Part shown: in pieces, positions 36,969 through 50,455 of the stretch | Layout: every line of letters starts with the position of its first letter | How positions within the stretch are numbered: position 1 is the stretch's first letter | Assembly (NCBI GenBank): GCA_028534125.1 | Contig: CM052816.1 | Span: 47,308,001-47,372,000, forward strand | From: Lama glama | Lineage: Eukaryota | Length of the DNA: 64,000 nt | Direction: 5' to 3' | The notes under the pieces: generated by a model | Database searches by the model: none | The model's input: the letters and a program-made list of their open reading frames with translations, nothing else | What the model was told of the DNA's origin: nothing | Made by a program: the position numbers and the translations under genes

Positions 36969-39900
36969 GGGAGAATTAATGTATTCCTGGGGGAAACAGA
37001 ACATTTATTACCTTTCATGGAGCTGTTTTTTCCTTTCATAAAAAGCAGTTTCCTCTTAATTGTTAAAATTATTGAATCCATTTTTGAAGTTGAAAGTTTT
37101 CAAGACACACTTAAGACCTCTTAAGCGTGTAAGCACAAACATTTATACTTTCACAAATACTTTATGGCCCTTTCATTCTTGCTATTGTTACCAGGTTTCA
37201 TTTCGAATTTTTATCAATACTATATTTTTGATATCTAATTTCTGTTCCAAAGAACTTAACAGTCAACAGCTAGAATTTTATGCTTAAGCATAGTATAAAG
37301 CAGGGAAATATTTGTATCCAGCATGTGTCTGCATCAAAGTATATTTTAAACATAAATTCTCTTATACTGACTTTAATCATTACCATGCAGCTCAACAAGT
37401 TTTCAAAGCCCTTTTGCTTGTTATCTCATTTGAAATAAGCGACTTAAAATTGTTGTCAATTAACTCCTCAAACAATACCGGCTCTGTCCCTTTCTAGGTA
37501 TCCCCAACTCCACAGATGCAGAAGAAACTGAGTCAGAAGGATGGCAAATAATCAGTCTGGCCACAAAGTGGTATTATATAGGGCACTTAGTGATTTTTTT
37601 GGATTACCAAGCACTTATTCACTTTGCTTGTTATGTAAATTTGGCAGATTTCTTTATCTCCTGAATAAGTACTTCATTGTAGAGAGCCTTGTGAATTGCT
37701 CTTGGTCATCTTAAAATTACTTGAGCTTAGAGAAATAATAACTTACTCTTTGCTCTGTGGATTGCATACTGTGTAGTGAAGAAGGGCTGTCTGAGTTTGA
37801 ACTCGCTGGCACCTTGATAGTCACTTGCAGAGACAGTTCAAAATGTTTCAGCTGTGTTGCTGTTACTGTTCTAACGCCATATGCAGGTGCTGACCGCTTG
37901 CACACACAATGCTCTGTGATTGGTTGCGTACTTCACGTTTTCCTAGACCAGATCCCCAAGAGACTTTCAATGTCTTGAAAGTAACTGCATGAAAGACAGG
38001 TTAAGATATACCTCCATCAGTGCAGTAGTTTTTCCTTAATACCAAGATAGGTATCAGCTGTTAACCGACGATTGTCTGTAAATGCAGCAGGAGAAAAAGA
38101 TGATAATGGTGTAGTTGACTCTTTGTGGATTTACAAATAACCAGGCCAAGTGGTCAGAAGATAGTGCATTGAATTTTAACCATCTTCGAATTACTGAAAT
38201 ACCTCTTATCTAGAGATCACTCATTAATCTACTGAAACTAATGAGGGCTGCAGCTAAATAGATAAAATATCAGATATAGGAAGTTAAAAATAGCTGTGTG
38301 GAAGAATTCTTTTCAGAGCAAGTAAACTCAGAATTAATAGCCATTAAGAGCCTTACTGCACAAAAATTGATGTTTATTTAGATGACTCCGAGCCTTCAAT
38401 AAAATGATTACTTCAGTATAACCAGTTTAAGGAGGCAAGGAAGTCTGACATACAGTTCAGGAGTTAAAGAGCTGAAGTCAACAAAGAAGTTTTGATACCA
38501 AGCTTCGTTTGTGTGGAAAAGCTGATCCTCTTTTCAATGCTAGAAATGAGGGGTCACTGTAAAGGAAGTGGGGTCTTCAAAAAGGGGTTGAAATTTCTCC
38601 CAGGCACTTAATTTTAAAAACTATATTAAAGGAACCCAAACTTGGAGGCCTTATTTTCTGATTGATCCTATGAAAGGAAAGAGATCACAATAACTCTTCC
38701 CCTTTTAATTACTTGCCCTCTCATTTGTTTTGTTTTTCATGAAAATTTTGATGTCTTGTCCCCGTGCGCTCTTCTCTTCAGAGGGTCATTTACTATCTGT
38801 CAGGGTACATATAATCACGTGGTGTTATTATAATATGTAACACAATATATGTGTGACAGCTAGTCATAACTATGCCAGTGAAGATGATCAGGTTCCATTA
38901 TGCACTGAAAAAAGTCTATGTAATGTTTACATCACAGGCTACTTCCATGCTCATTTCTGTGGTGCTAATTTTTAAAATCATCTTTTCTTTTTCTCTAACC
39001 ATTACATAGAAAAAAGATAACGCAAAGCAAAAATTGTGTTTTATGGTGTTAAAGATACATACTTTAAAGCCTCAGATACTTTCTATTAAACACTGGTGGT
39101 CAACGCAAATTCTAGGCCATCTGAAACAAATCATTCGTGAGCATAGAACAATGCTTTCCAAGCAGGTCTTTAGAAAATTTGCAAGAAAAAAATTTACAAA
39201 ACCAAGTACAAACTTCATGTTATCTTATGGGGGAGTAATATCAGAACAACACTATGTGTTAAAGTAGGAAATATTATTGAACAAACTGGAAACTATCAGG
39301 GAGGAAGTAGAAGGAAAAGCTGTGCCTGGGGAAAACACAGAAAAGAGGCATTTTAAAAAGCTTTCTATTTTAATGACCTGCCAGCAGGGGAGAAAGGGAA
39401 AGTCACATGTGATAGGATTTGCTGGCATCCTGTGATTAACTACAATCTCTGAATTGCTGCATTTGGTTTTGTGGAAGGACCTTAGCTGGAGTCCTAAGTG
39501 ACTAAATTCGTTGCGGTGACCATCAGTAGGGGCATGTCCAGGTGAAGCCCCTCTTTCTTTTACAACTCTTGTATCATGTCTTAGCAGCTTTTTCATTTTT
39601 TTAGGTGTTCTGTTTAAAGTCTCACAACACAGATTTTACCCAATTGCAGCAGAAAGCCTTTAAACAGAGCTGAAGTATCTCAATCATTTTCTTTTTGATG
39701 TCTCTCAAATTAACTAAAAGGCACTCAATAATGTTACACTATCAGAACGAAAATGGAGGAGACAAATGTTTAATATTCCAAGCATGACCCAAATACACAA
39801 TACAGAGAGGTCTGAGAAAAAGGACTTCACTGAACTCTAGAGAGAGCTATAATTAAGAAGAAAAACCCACCAAAAATAACTGACAGAAGTAAAGTGAAAA

Positions 39901-42900
39901 AACAAAACCTCAGACCAAACCAACCATACAAAATCTCAGTGGTTACCTAACTTCACCTCATTTTTTTATGCTAAGGGAATGACTAGCTAATTAGGACTTT
40001 TGAATAAAACTGTGTGACCTCCCTCTTTTTTTCCCCTCACTTTTCATCCTCTTAGTCAGGTATCTGCAAATACTATTCGTGCCAATTGTCTGAGAGAAAA
40101 ATGTAGACTAATTAAAATGCTGATCTTTCGTAAACACATAAGTACTCGCATGGAAATTAAACACTTGGGCTGCTAACTTATGAATACGTGCTCACACATC
40201 AGGAACACTGCCACTAGTGTGGACTTCAGTCTTGGGCTGAGCGGCCTCGTCTGCGTGTCAGATCCACTCCAGGGCTGAGAGGATCTACCATTGAGATCAC
40301 CCAGCGTGCCTTCTCTCGAGAGCGTCTAAGGAGAAAAGAAAAGTGATGTGCACTTGGAGAAGATTATTTAAAGCCTGCAGATTCATTAGGGGAGAGCTTA
40401 ATTGTGATCGAATCTACAATCCTTTCAGTTCATCCCATAAATAACAGTCTGAACTCTGTTGAGTCACATGGCCTCTTTTGCACAAACCTATAGAGGAGAG
40501 TCCTTAAAATTGAATAGATGGAATTGAATGGACCTGGGAAGTGGGAACTGGAATTTGATGGACAGCCTTTCACCTCTAGGTTATTGGTTTGTATCTGACC
40601 CAGGTGATGAAAAGTCGTCGCTCTACAATGGCTGTTTAGTAGTTTTCTGTGTAATGAGCTGTTGGCGCCAGTCCATTCCTCAGTGGACAGGTGTCTGCTC
40701 GCATTCCCAAATCACCACTCCACTTGTCAGTCACATCTGAGGTCAAGGGCTAAACAGGAACCGGGGCCGAAATACTTTCTCATTCTGATGAGTACAGGCT
40801 GGCTTTTGTTGGTTGACTTGGTTGGAAAAAATGAACTGCCATAGGCCCTGTTCAGGCTCTGCCTGTTTTCTACGTGAGAAGATTTTGTTGCTTCGGACTT
40901 CTATTAGAATGAAAAATTATTAGGTTCTCAAATGGGCATGTTTTTATTGTTACATATTATCAAACGAGATGCCTAAATACACTCTCCGAGCCAAGGGACA
41001 TTAAAATGTCAGTGTATCTGTCTAACTGCAGCAGGGATAATCAGCCGAGAGAGCATGTGCATCTGACTCTTCCTCACTGACACAGGAGGGTCGTGATACA
41101 GGCCCCACATCCTGATAAAACTGGCAGGTAGAAGATATCCATCAGCTGAGTCTACATGATATTTTGATTGGAAGAACAGGCCTCTTTGAGGTGGAGATGG
41201 AAGAAGACCTGTAAGAAAGTATTCCATGCTTCTTGGGATTTACAAAATGTAAATAAGCAGCCCTAGTTTAAACCTGGTCGAAATACTTTTGTTTCTGTAA
41301 TTCCCGCCATTCCACAAATAGGAATTTATATTTATTAGCATTTCTGGAAAACTCTAAGATCAGAAGCCAGAGGACTCAGATATTCTAAAACCCTGAACAC
41401 TTGGGACGGCTTTCTACCACCAATCTGTGATGCCGTTTCCTGCATAAATTAACTGCGTATTTCAGACAAAGATGTGTTTCAAGTCAGAGTTATGCAGCTC
41501 TTGCTCACTTGCTTCTGTAGATCTTGTCTCCGTTTGTTTAAAAAAGATATCAACTTGGGTTATTTTTTTTCCCACACTGATGGAGTTTATTGCTAAATAT
41601 ATTTCTAATTTATTAAAAATGACTGGATTGAATGACAAACTTTAACTCAGCCTGAATCATCATGGGCTTTCTAGCTCATTTTGAAGCCTAAATGTCTGTT
41701 TGTGGTCACAAATTGCCAAATAATTCATCACACTATTTCTTTATAGATCTGTTAGCAAACATTGTAGAGCTATGGTTCTTAGAAACTGAACAAATAAAAA
41801 ATACTCGGAACCCAGAGTTCTAATACAAAATCAAGGATTTTACCATTTCTTGAGAGATTTCATACTTTTGGCCAGTTTCCTTGTCTTGCTTTTATAGTTG
41901 TTTTTCTTAGGTCTGTTGAGACAATGGCATATTTTTCTAAGTCTTTATTGATAAAAACGAGTGCCAGAATTTCCATGGGACCACCTGTAGCTAAACTTCA
42001 ATTGGTACTTTTCTATGCCCTCATGATATTGTAAGTGATTAGCAAATCTGAAGGATAAAATTCTGACTTGAATCTTGACAATATGTAGTTAATCTTTCTT
42101 TCTTTTTTATAAAACAAGCTTTATATTAACTTTAGTAACTACTTTTTGAAACATCAGCAATAACAAATATTTATTGACTGCCAATTGGATGAGAACCAGT
42201 GAAGACCAAGAGTCTTACAAAAAATTACGATAAAATTTATTGTAAAATAGATCCAGTACAGGTAATTGAGATTATATTCTTCTTTAGTGAAATTTGAAGA
42301 ATGGAATGAGTGAGTACCCCTTTGTATGGAGGGAGGTTTCTTGAAGGAAGAGGGTAGACTATTTTAACTATAGTGATTCCTACCGGACTTGAAGACCTGT
42401 GAAAACCCAGATACACCAAGAATCTTCATACACCATGTCATCCGTGTTAACCTTTATCCTTATTGCTGTTGTTTGTATTCAGTCTGATTAGTCAACATCT
42501 GCCTGTTCGGAAGAGTGTAATTCTTAGTGCTTTTCTGATACTTGTTAAATAATGCTTACTGTGGTCGATGCCACTTCAGGCCTGCAATGCAGGGCACTGG
42601 CAATGTAGTGTGATCAGGGGATGCCACCCAAATTTCTAGTGCCCATGTCCTATACCAGATCCTCTGTCTGAAGATTTTCAGGAAAATAATCAAGCAGAAT
42701 CCATATGCCTCCAGTTTGTCTTAAAAATCATGCTATGTCCCAGCCATAATAAGCACCTGTGTTAAGTAAACATTTGGGCGGTGGTGGAGGCAGTGTGCAC
42801 AGTGTCTCTTTAGGGTCAGTAATGCTAATTTAAAGAGAGTGGGTGCTGCAGTGGAGGGAGACCTGTGATGGCGCCAATACCATCTTCAAAGGTGGCACGT

Positions 42901-45016
42901 GTGCATGCGTGTGTGTACGGGTGGTGTTTTAAACACAACTGTATTCAGTTAATCACATCAGAAACAACGCTTGTGGTGGCATTAGTAGGAGGTTTGCAGC
43001 CAGTTATTCAGTCTGGCAATTATTGCAAATTAGAACTTTATTCAGGAAAGGATATCAATTTAAGAGTAGACGGAACACATTTACTACAGTTAATTCAGAC
43101 CCTGTTTGAATGGGGTACATTTTCTTAGAAGCAGCCATAGAGATAAATGCATCACGTGACCCTCGGAACCGAACTGCTGAATGAAGATATTGGAGCTCTG
43201 GAGCTATTCATTTCCATTTACAGAATCCAAATTGCTGAAAAGTCATGGGAAGGCAGGAAAGAGACTTGTTGTTTTTTTAAAATGCTCCCTGGCGTTTGTC
43301 TGCCTGCATCATCCAGAGCAGTGTCTCATTCTGCTGCCACCCGGAGTCCCATTCACTGGTTTGTTTAACCTCAAAGTGGGGAAGTAACTAACACGAATAC
43401 ATTCATTGTCCATGCTCTAATAGAATTAAGATTCCCAATACCCTGCCTGCATTTGAATGAGGTTTGTTACACACTAGCCTTTATGGTCACACCCTGTTCC
43501 CTTGATGGTTCTTAAGAATGGCAGAAGCGGGAGACCAGAATTTTGTAAGCTCATAAATATGAAGCACACTGTGTTTAAATAATGCCAGGGTGGTGATACA
43601 AATGGACCAATGCCAGGAAGCTCAAAGTTAAAGCTAACAGTTCATCCCTACACCACTATGAATAAGAAGGAGGAGAAAGGGGCACTGTGTTGGTTACAGT
43701 TGTGCTGCCAGCAGACCGGGGCAGCTCTGTCCAACAGGCCAGTGTGGCACAGAGCTTTGAAATTGCACCCTGTTTACCCAGAAGACAGGAGATGGAGCTA
43801 TTCTGCTCCAGAAGGGCCAGCTGTAATGTTGGGGAATTGTATAACGTTGTGTATTTCACACTGCACATTACTGACTTGAGTGATTGCAAGCATTTGGAAT
43901 AAACCTACATCTAGTATCCTGACAGTGGCAGAGACCAGGACAGAGCACTGGAAAGGGAAGCAGTCTCTGTGACTGGGTGGGCAGAACCAGCGCAGGCTTT
44001 CGTCAGCTGTCCTTCCTGCCCTGCTTCTTGGCGGCAGTTGTCTTCTCTTTCCCGTGTCTGCAATAACCCCAAGAACCCAAGCAAAGTCTTGTAAACACTG
44101 TTTCAGAGCAGTGAGTCCATCTCTGAATGGCAGAGAACCTGGCACTCTGATATTCTTCACTGCAAAGTGCTGCATTTTTATGGAAAAAATTTTTTTGCTT
44201 TGATATCTTAGAAATTGCTGTTTGGTTGTTTGGAGACAATCTTCGGGATCTGAACTGCTTGTCCTTTGCCAAAGTGAAACTGGCAATCTGTATACTTCTG
44301 ATGATTATGAAATACATTTGTGGTTGCAGAGAGGCAACTGTTTGCCTTTTGTGGCTAAGCTGAGAGGAAGATAAACTTCTTTTAATTCATAATTCTTAAA
44401 CAAATTTTCAAAAAAACCACACAGTTTTAAAAATAAGTTACCTGTCATTTTCTGCTTGATGTGTCACTGAGCTGAATTAGCCTTATTCTTCATATGTGCA
44501 TCTTACTTTCATGATCTTTAACTCCCTGTTTCTTATAAACTAGATTTCTTGCAATTATAAATTGCATATGCTCCATTTTACTTTTTTTTTTTTTTTTTGG
44601 TTTGTTTCCCTTACAATAGATTCTAGTGCTGGCCCAAATTTCTCAACGCCAGAGGAAACCCATGATTACAGGCAATGCCCCTTTGGCAACCACATTAATT
44701 CTTTTCAGGACTCTGGATTCTCTTCCGGGCCAATTAAACCTGAGGCTTGCTGGAAACCTTGGGTGTCCTCCACCCCAGGCTGGCGGCTCCAGAGGTAGCA
44801 CACATTAGGAGTACCATGCTGGAAGTATATTCTTTTTTTTAGCATTGAAATATAATAATGATGATGATGACGCTGTAACTACTACTAGTAGCACTGTTAC
44901 TAGTTAACAGGAGTTTACTTGGTTATCCCTCTGTGCCAGCCCTGTGCTACGTGCTTTACGTGAATTATTTAAACTTGAAAAACAACTAATGGAGCAGGTG
45001 CTTTACTAATCCTATT

Positions 45017-45455
45017 GTATCAGTTTGAAATTCTTACAGCTGCAAGTAACTGAGAGCTCAAATTATAGCAAGTTAAATATGGGTGTTTGTTTTTCTCACA
45101 TAAAAAGAAGTTTGGTGGTTGTCAGTTACAGATAATTCTGTGGATCAGTGATGTCAAGGCCAGTGTCTCTAGGATTCTCCAGGCCTTTCCCTTAAGTTCC
45201 AAGATGGTTGACACAATTTAAGACATCTGTGTTCAAAGCAAGACAATAGAGGAAAGGGTAGAGCCAGCTCGTACCATCCGTTTCACAGGAAAGTGAATGC
45301 TTCCCACCAGGCTGATTCTGTCTCACTAGCCAAGATGACATATGAGCAGCCCTAGCTGTACAGGAGTCTGGTAACCAAGTCGTTAGCTCTCTCACCTCCT
45401 AAAGATGTAGGACAAAGGAGTCATGAATGGAATTGGGTTAGGCAGACTAAGTGCT
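45017..45455 (-). mobile_element. Old MaLR LTR (MLT1J/K/L-like)
   Basis: TGTATCAGTTTG...CAGCTGCAAGTAACTGAG...TTTTTCTCACATAAAAAGAAGTTTGGTGG. Confidence 0.6.
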
Positions 45456-45566
45456 ACTCCCATTTGGAGATCTGGAAAGCCAGGCAGAGAGGGGCTTAGA
45501 GGCTTTTAAAGGAGCTGGTAAATGGCAGAGCCAGGGAATGAACTCAGGCTGTTCCAGAGCCCACAT

Positions 45567-45878
45567 ATTGAATATAGTTCCCTGTGCTATACAGTGGGAC
45601 CTTATTATTTATCTATTTTATATATAGTAGTGTGTATGTTAATCCCAAACTCTTAATTTGTCCCTCCCTGCTGTAACCATAAGTTTTTCTATGTCTGTGT
45701 CTATTTTTGTTTTGTAAATAAGTTCATTTGTATTGTTTTCAGATTTCACATATAAATGATATCATATGATATTTGTCTTTCTCTGACTTACTTCACTTAC
45801 TATGATAATCTTTAGGTTCAGCCATGTTCTTGCAAATGGCATTATTTCATTCTTTTTTATGGCTGAGTAGTATTCCAT

Positions 45879-45917
<39 letters not shown>

Positions 45918-46177
45918 GTATGTGTGTATACACCACATCTTTATCCAGTCATCTGCCAATGGACATTTAGTTTGCTTCCATGTCTTGGCTATTGTATATA
46001 GTGCTGCTGTGAACATTGGAGTGCGTGTATCTTTTCAAATTAGAATTTTCTCCAAATATATGTCCATTTGTGGGATTGCTGGACCATAGAGTAAGTCTAT
46101 TTAGTTTTCAAGGAAGCTCCATACTCTTTTCCATTGTGGCTGCACCAATTTACATTCCCACCAACAGTGTAGGAGGG
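45567..46177 (-). mobile_element. L1 3' fragment lacking the terminal 3'UTR and poly(A)
   Basis: MFTAALYTIAKTWKQTKCP...EYYSAIKKNEIMPFA (45762-46016) and [13 protein letters not shown]. Degenerate TSD CAGAGCCCACAT / CAGAACCAACAT. Confidence 0.9.
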
Positions 46178-48204
46178 CAGAACCAACATTCTTAATCATG
46201 ATGCTGCACTGCTTCTCCTTCTCTTGAATGTCATTTTTTCCCCTGTGGTGTCTGGGTGACCAGAAGAAATGCTTAAATAGACTAGTTGTCATCAAATTTG
46301 AATCTAGGACAGTAAGACTGTTCCAGTATTTAATTTATGCAGCCCTCATTTGCCGCCATCTTGCTAAAGATGGAAATCTCTGAGGCATATTATCCAACTG
46401 TATTTACACAGGCTATCATCTTGTCATTTGCATGTGTTGTTGAAGAATCTTACCCCTTATGGACAAACACTTATTTTAAGAGCTTTAGTTCCTTTCGTTT
46501 TATTTTTTTCCTGCAAACTAAGCATGCCCAAGTATGCATTGTAACCTATAATTAAGATACCGGCTGTCTTATTGCCAAGCAGTTTTTCCCTTGCACCACA
46601 AACCAGTAGCAGCTTTCTATTGCAACTAATTTCCAGAGATATTAATATATTTTCTACTAATAAAAAAAAATAGCACCAGAGCTTCCTCTCACTTTTAAGG
46701 TCCTTCAGTTATAAATGTATATGTTAGCTTTGTCATCTGACCAGAAGTTAGTTGTGTAATCATAACATTTTGGGGCTATCTGTATATCTTGACAGAATAC
46801 AAGGAAGATAGAAGATACACAAGGGTTCATTAATTAAAAATTAAAGTAACGGGGAATGCCTTTTTCCAGTTCTCACTGCCACTTTCCCTTTGCAGTTGCT
46901 TGTGAATAGTGCAAGTATAATGCCTAGCAGTACCACATATATTATACGCTGGTTTTATTTGGTTCATAATAAAGGTGATGCATTCCAATTCCAAAATGGA
47001 TGAGACTTACATAAAGTTGAAAAAAAAATCCAACAACTTGATACCATGAAGGTCCTAGAATATGTAAACATAAAACATGTAATCTATCTTTGATTTGCGC
47101 CATAATGCTCCTTTGCTTTGAAATCATGGCTGTATTACCAAACTGACAGTTTTAATGGAAAAAGTGGCTTTCAAAAGCTGCTGTTGAAAACACACTGCAT
47201 AATTCTCTAAGTCGTGAATATTTTACTACCAACATATGCAGGGAGGCAGTGAAAACACACTGGCATTTTATTCCCTGCAAGTTGAGATGGAGGAAATTCA
47301 CTAGTGGTAAAACTGCATGTTTGTAATATGATGCAAATTCATAAATAGTATGAATGCACACTGTTATTGGAGGGCAAAAACACTTTGCAGAGTCATTTGG
47401 AAGATGATGAACAGGTATGCGTTTGTAATTTGCTCATTCAGCAAACATCTGTCAAAGGCTGACCATATTTCAGGCACCGTGCTAGGCTCACTACAAAGCT
47501 GAAGAGGGGGAACCTTCACAACTGCTTTAAATGTCTCACAGGGGGAGTTTGGTGCAGAAGGCTCTGGGTGAGTACTGCATGGTCACTTGGTCACTTGTTC
47601 AGACTAAACCCCTGTGCACTGGGCCGTCAAGTGCTTATTTCCTTGAGTCTCTTGCATTCTATGGAGGGTGTGTTTGGGCCGGGGCACAATTGATAGAGCC
47701 CTGTTTGGCTGTGGACCAGGAGATGGCCCCTGTCCTTCTGAGGCTATCGCTTTTTATGAGGTGAATGTGAGAGTGGCCCCAGGGGTGGTGTCTGGGGGGA
47801 CTGGCAGGGGAGTATTTTCAGCTGAACTGCTAAGGAGCCTGAGCATCGGTGCTAGCTGTTGCAGGGAGAGATGAATGCCAGCTTCCTACACCTGAAGATA
47901 TGGGACTCCTGATTGTTTTGGAAGTGAAGCTGGGGTATGACCTTTCTTTCTGAAGGGAGGGATTCGCCCTGCTTCCTGCTAACTCACTGAAGGGCCACCT
48001 AAGATGAACCTTGGTTGGATGCTGGTTAAAAGAAAAAAAAAATATATAGAAGTGATAATATGAGGCTAATTCTGGATATTTGAATATGGGCTCTATATTA
48101 GATGACACTGTTGATTTAATTTAAAATTTCTTAGGTGTGAAATGTTATGGGAGTGTTAAAATACTTAGGGGTAAGACATCATGATACAGGCAACTGACTT
48201 TCCC

Positions 48205-48206
<2 letters not shown>

Positions 48207-48240
<34 letters not shown>
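48207..48240. repeat. (TG)17 microsatellite
   Basis: Perfect TG run of 34 bp. Confidence 0.95.
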
Positions 48241-48243
<3 letters not shown>

Positions 48244-48439
48244 TCACCCACTTGCACAAGATGTGGAGAGAGAGACGGAGCTCCAGCGAAAGTGACAAAC
48301 TGATAACATTTAATGAGCTTAAGTGGAAGACATAGGAATACTTATTGTACTTAAAACAAAATTTTATAGCTTTGAACATTTTCAAAATGAAAAGAAATTG
48401 GGAATAAAAGGAATGTAGAAATAGCACTAGGTTGTGACC

Positions 48440-48730
48440 TTTATTCCATTTCTCTTGCCTGGCTAAACATGACTTTGTCAGGAATCCTTCCCTGAGCTCT
48501 CCAGTCCTGGGGATGCTCCCCTGCATGCCACCCCCTCAGTCATTATCACCCAGTGGGGTAACTGCTTGTCAGTTTATCAGTTTGTCAGTTTGTCTGCACA
48601 CGTCTCCAGATTATAAACTTTCTGAGAGCAGGGACTCTCAGGGGCTCCAAAGTTCTCATTTACTGTTGTAGCTAGTTTCTGGTAAATAATCATCATTCAA
48701 TAAATATCTGTTAAATGAAGGAATCCATGA
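48440..48730 (+). mobile_element. L2 3' end
   Basis: CCAGATTATAAACTTTCTGAGAGCAGGGAC...CATTCAATAAATATCTGTTAAATGAA. Confidence 0.7.
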
Positions 48731-49269
48731 AATCTGTGAATGATGAGAGTATACATGCCCTAATTAGGAAAGATCACACAGAAATTGAGTGGCTAATCTT
48801 GGCTTACTCTTGCAAAGGACAGAGTTGTGAAATTCATAGTTGCTTATGAAATTAAACTCTCATGTGCCATTATGTTACAACTGTATTACAATTGTGTAGC
48901 TAAATCAAAATTATTTTGAACAAAGTTCACAATGAACGTAATACATTTTCTGAATATTGTCTCAAGCTAGGTACGTTGGTCAGATTTCTGATATTTGATG
49001 CTTAAAAACAAATATATATACTAAGAGAAAAAGATTGCACAATGAGGTTTGGCAAAAATCTGTCCTCCGCTATCTCCCCAACCCCTATCGCTACTCTTTA
49101 GGGAATGCCTCTTGTTTGTTAAACAATCTGTATCAGTACAGCTAGGTGTTGATAACTCTGTAAGATTATCAAAGTGTTGGATTTTTCTATCCTACTCTTA
49201 TTTCCTGCTATCTATTTCAGAGTCCATTGATTTTTTTGATGACACAGAAGGTTTGAAAAAAAAGAGGAG

Positions 49270-49664
49270 TGTTATGAACTGAATTGTATTCACTCTCAAC
49301 CCTGCAATTTGTATGTTGAAGCCCTAACCTCCAGTACCTTAGAATGTGACTATATTTGGAGACAGGGCCTTTAAAGAGGTAATTAAGTTTAGATGAAGTC
49401 ATAAGGGTGGGGCTCTAATCCAACATGACTGGTCCTCTTATAAGAAAAGGAAGAGACATGAGGGGTGTGAACACACGGAGCAAAAACCATGGGACAGGAC
49501 AGCAGGAGGGGGACCGCTTGAAAGCCAGGAAGAGACGCTCAAGAGAAACCAATCAGCTGACACTTTGATTTTGGACATCCAGCCTCCAGAACTGTGGGGA
49601 AACAAATTTCTGTTGGTTAAGCCACCCAGTCTTATTTGTTATGGCAGTACTAACAAACTAATAA
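49270..49664 (+). mobile_element. MaLR solo LTR (MLT1A/B-like)
   Basis: TGTTATGAACTGAATTGT...GTTGAAGCCCTAACCTCCAGTACC...CAGCCTCCAGAACTGTG...GCCACCCAGTC...AAACTAATAA. Near-TSD AGGAG/AGGGG. Confidence 0.9.
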
Positions 49665-50001
49665 AGGGGAAAAGACTGAAATACGTTAGCATGCTTGTTA
49701 ATATGTCAATTTTTATAAAATCTCAGCTGAGGAATGGCTGTAAATCCAATGGTTTATTCAGTGGTTTGTGGTTCTGTTCTGTCTTATCTGTAGTTTAATG
49801 TCTTCTGGTTTATTAGAATCTTGAAAATGACCTAACCCAAACCTGTAAAGATGCTTCAATTCCAGTCTGGCATTCCTGGCAAGTGACCACTTAGCTTTTG
49901 CTCAGAATAGTTCTAGTGTTGGAACATTTAACTTGACAAGAAGCCCTATCATTCTGGAGCTATTTATCAGGAAACATTTTCTTACATTGATTAGCCATCC
50001 A

Positions 50002-50455
50002 TGTGGCAGAGGCCACTGGTTGTCTCACAATATCTGTTCCTTTCCTTTTTAAGTGGTTCATGGCTACCTGGAATAGAGGTATATTTCCTAGTTTCCTTCA
50101 CAGCTGATTATAGATATTACTCTGGTTAATGGAATATAAACGGAATTTGTACATATATTCTAGGAACTATTTTTAAATAGAGAGGGAGTGTGACCCTTTC
50201 TCAACACCCCCCCCTTTTTTTTCTTTTCTCCTGGCTGGAATGCAGACATGATGTCTATAACTTGAACCATCATCTTAGACCATGAGGTAGAAGCCACATA
50301 TTGAGGATGTAAAGAGCCTGGGTCTCTAACTGTGGAGTCTTCCAAAGACCTGAACTGTTTATTTCCAGATTTTGTTTACTCAAGGACAAAATTCTGTCCT
50401 AAGATAGGTTTTATTTTGGATTTTATGTCATTTATAGCTAATTCTACTTCTAATT
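50002..50455 (+). mobile_element. Old MaLR LTR (MLT1J-like), apparently within a CR1/L3 remnant (about 49850-50650)
   Basis: TGTGGCAGAGG...CCTGGCTGGAATGCAGACATGATG...CATCTTAGACCATGAGGTAGAAGCC. CR1-like flank GAATAGTTCTAGTG...AGGAAACATTTTCTTACATTGA. Confidence 0.6.

Larger units (their letters stand above)
44870..46215 (-). mobile_element. MIR interrupted by an MLT1-type LTR and an L1 fragment
   Basis: MIR pieces at about 44870-45017 (CTGTGCCAGCCCTGTGCTACGTGCTTTAC), 45455-45566 (CCCATTTGGAGAT...GGCAGAGCCAGGGAATGAACTCAGG) and 46178-46215 (CTTAATCATGATGC). Confidence 0.7.

Noticed and set aside
43798..44286. Longest non-L1 ORF (162 aa, minus strand)
   Set aside because: Non-ATG start, no recognisable domain, and a length roughly what chance gives across six frames of 64 kb.
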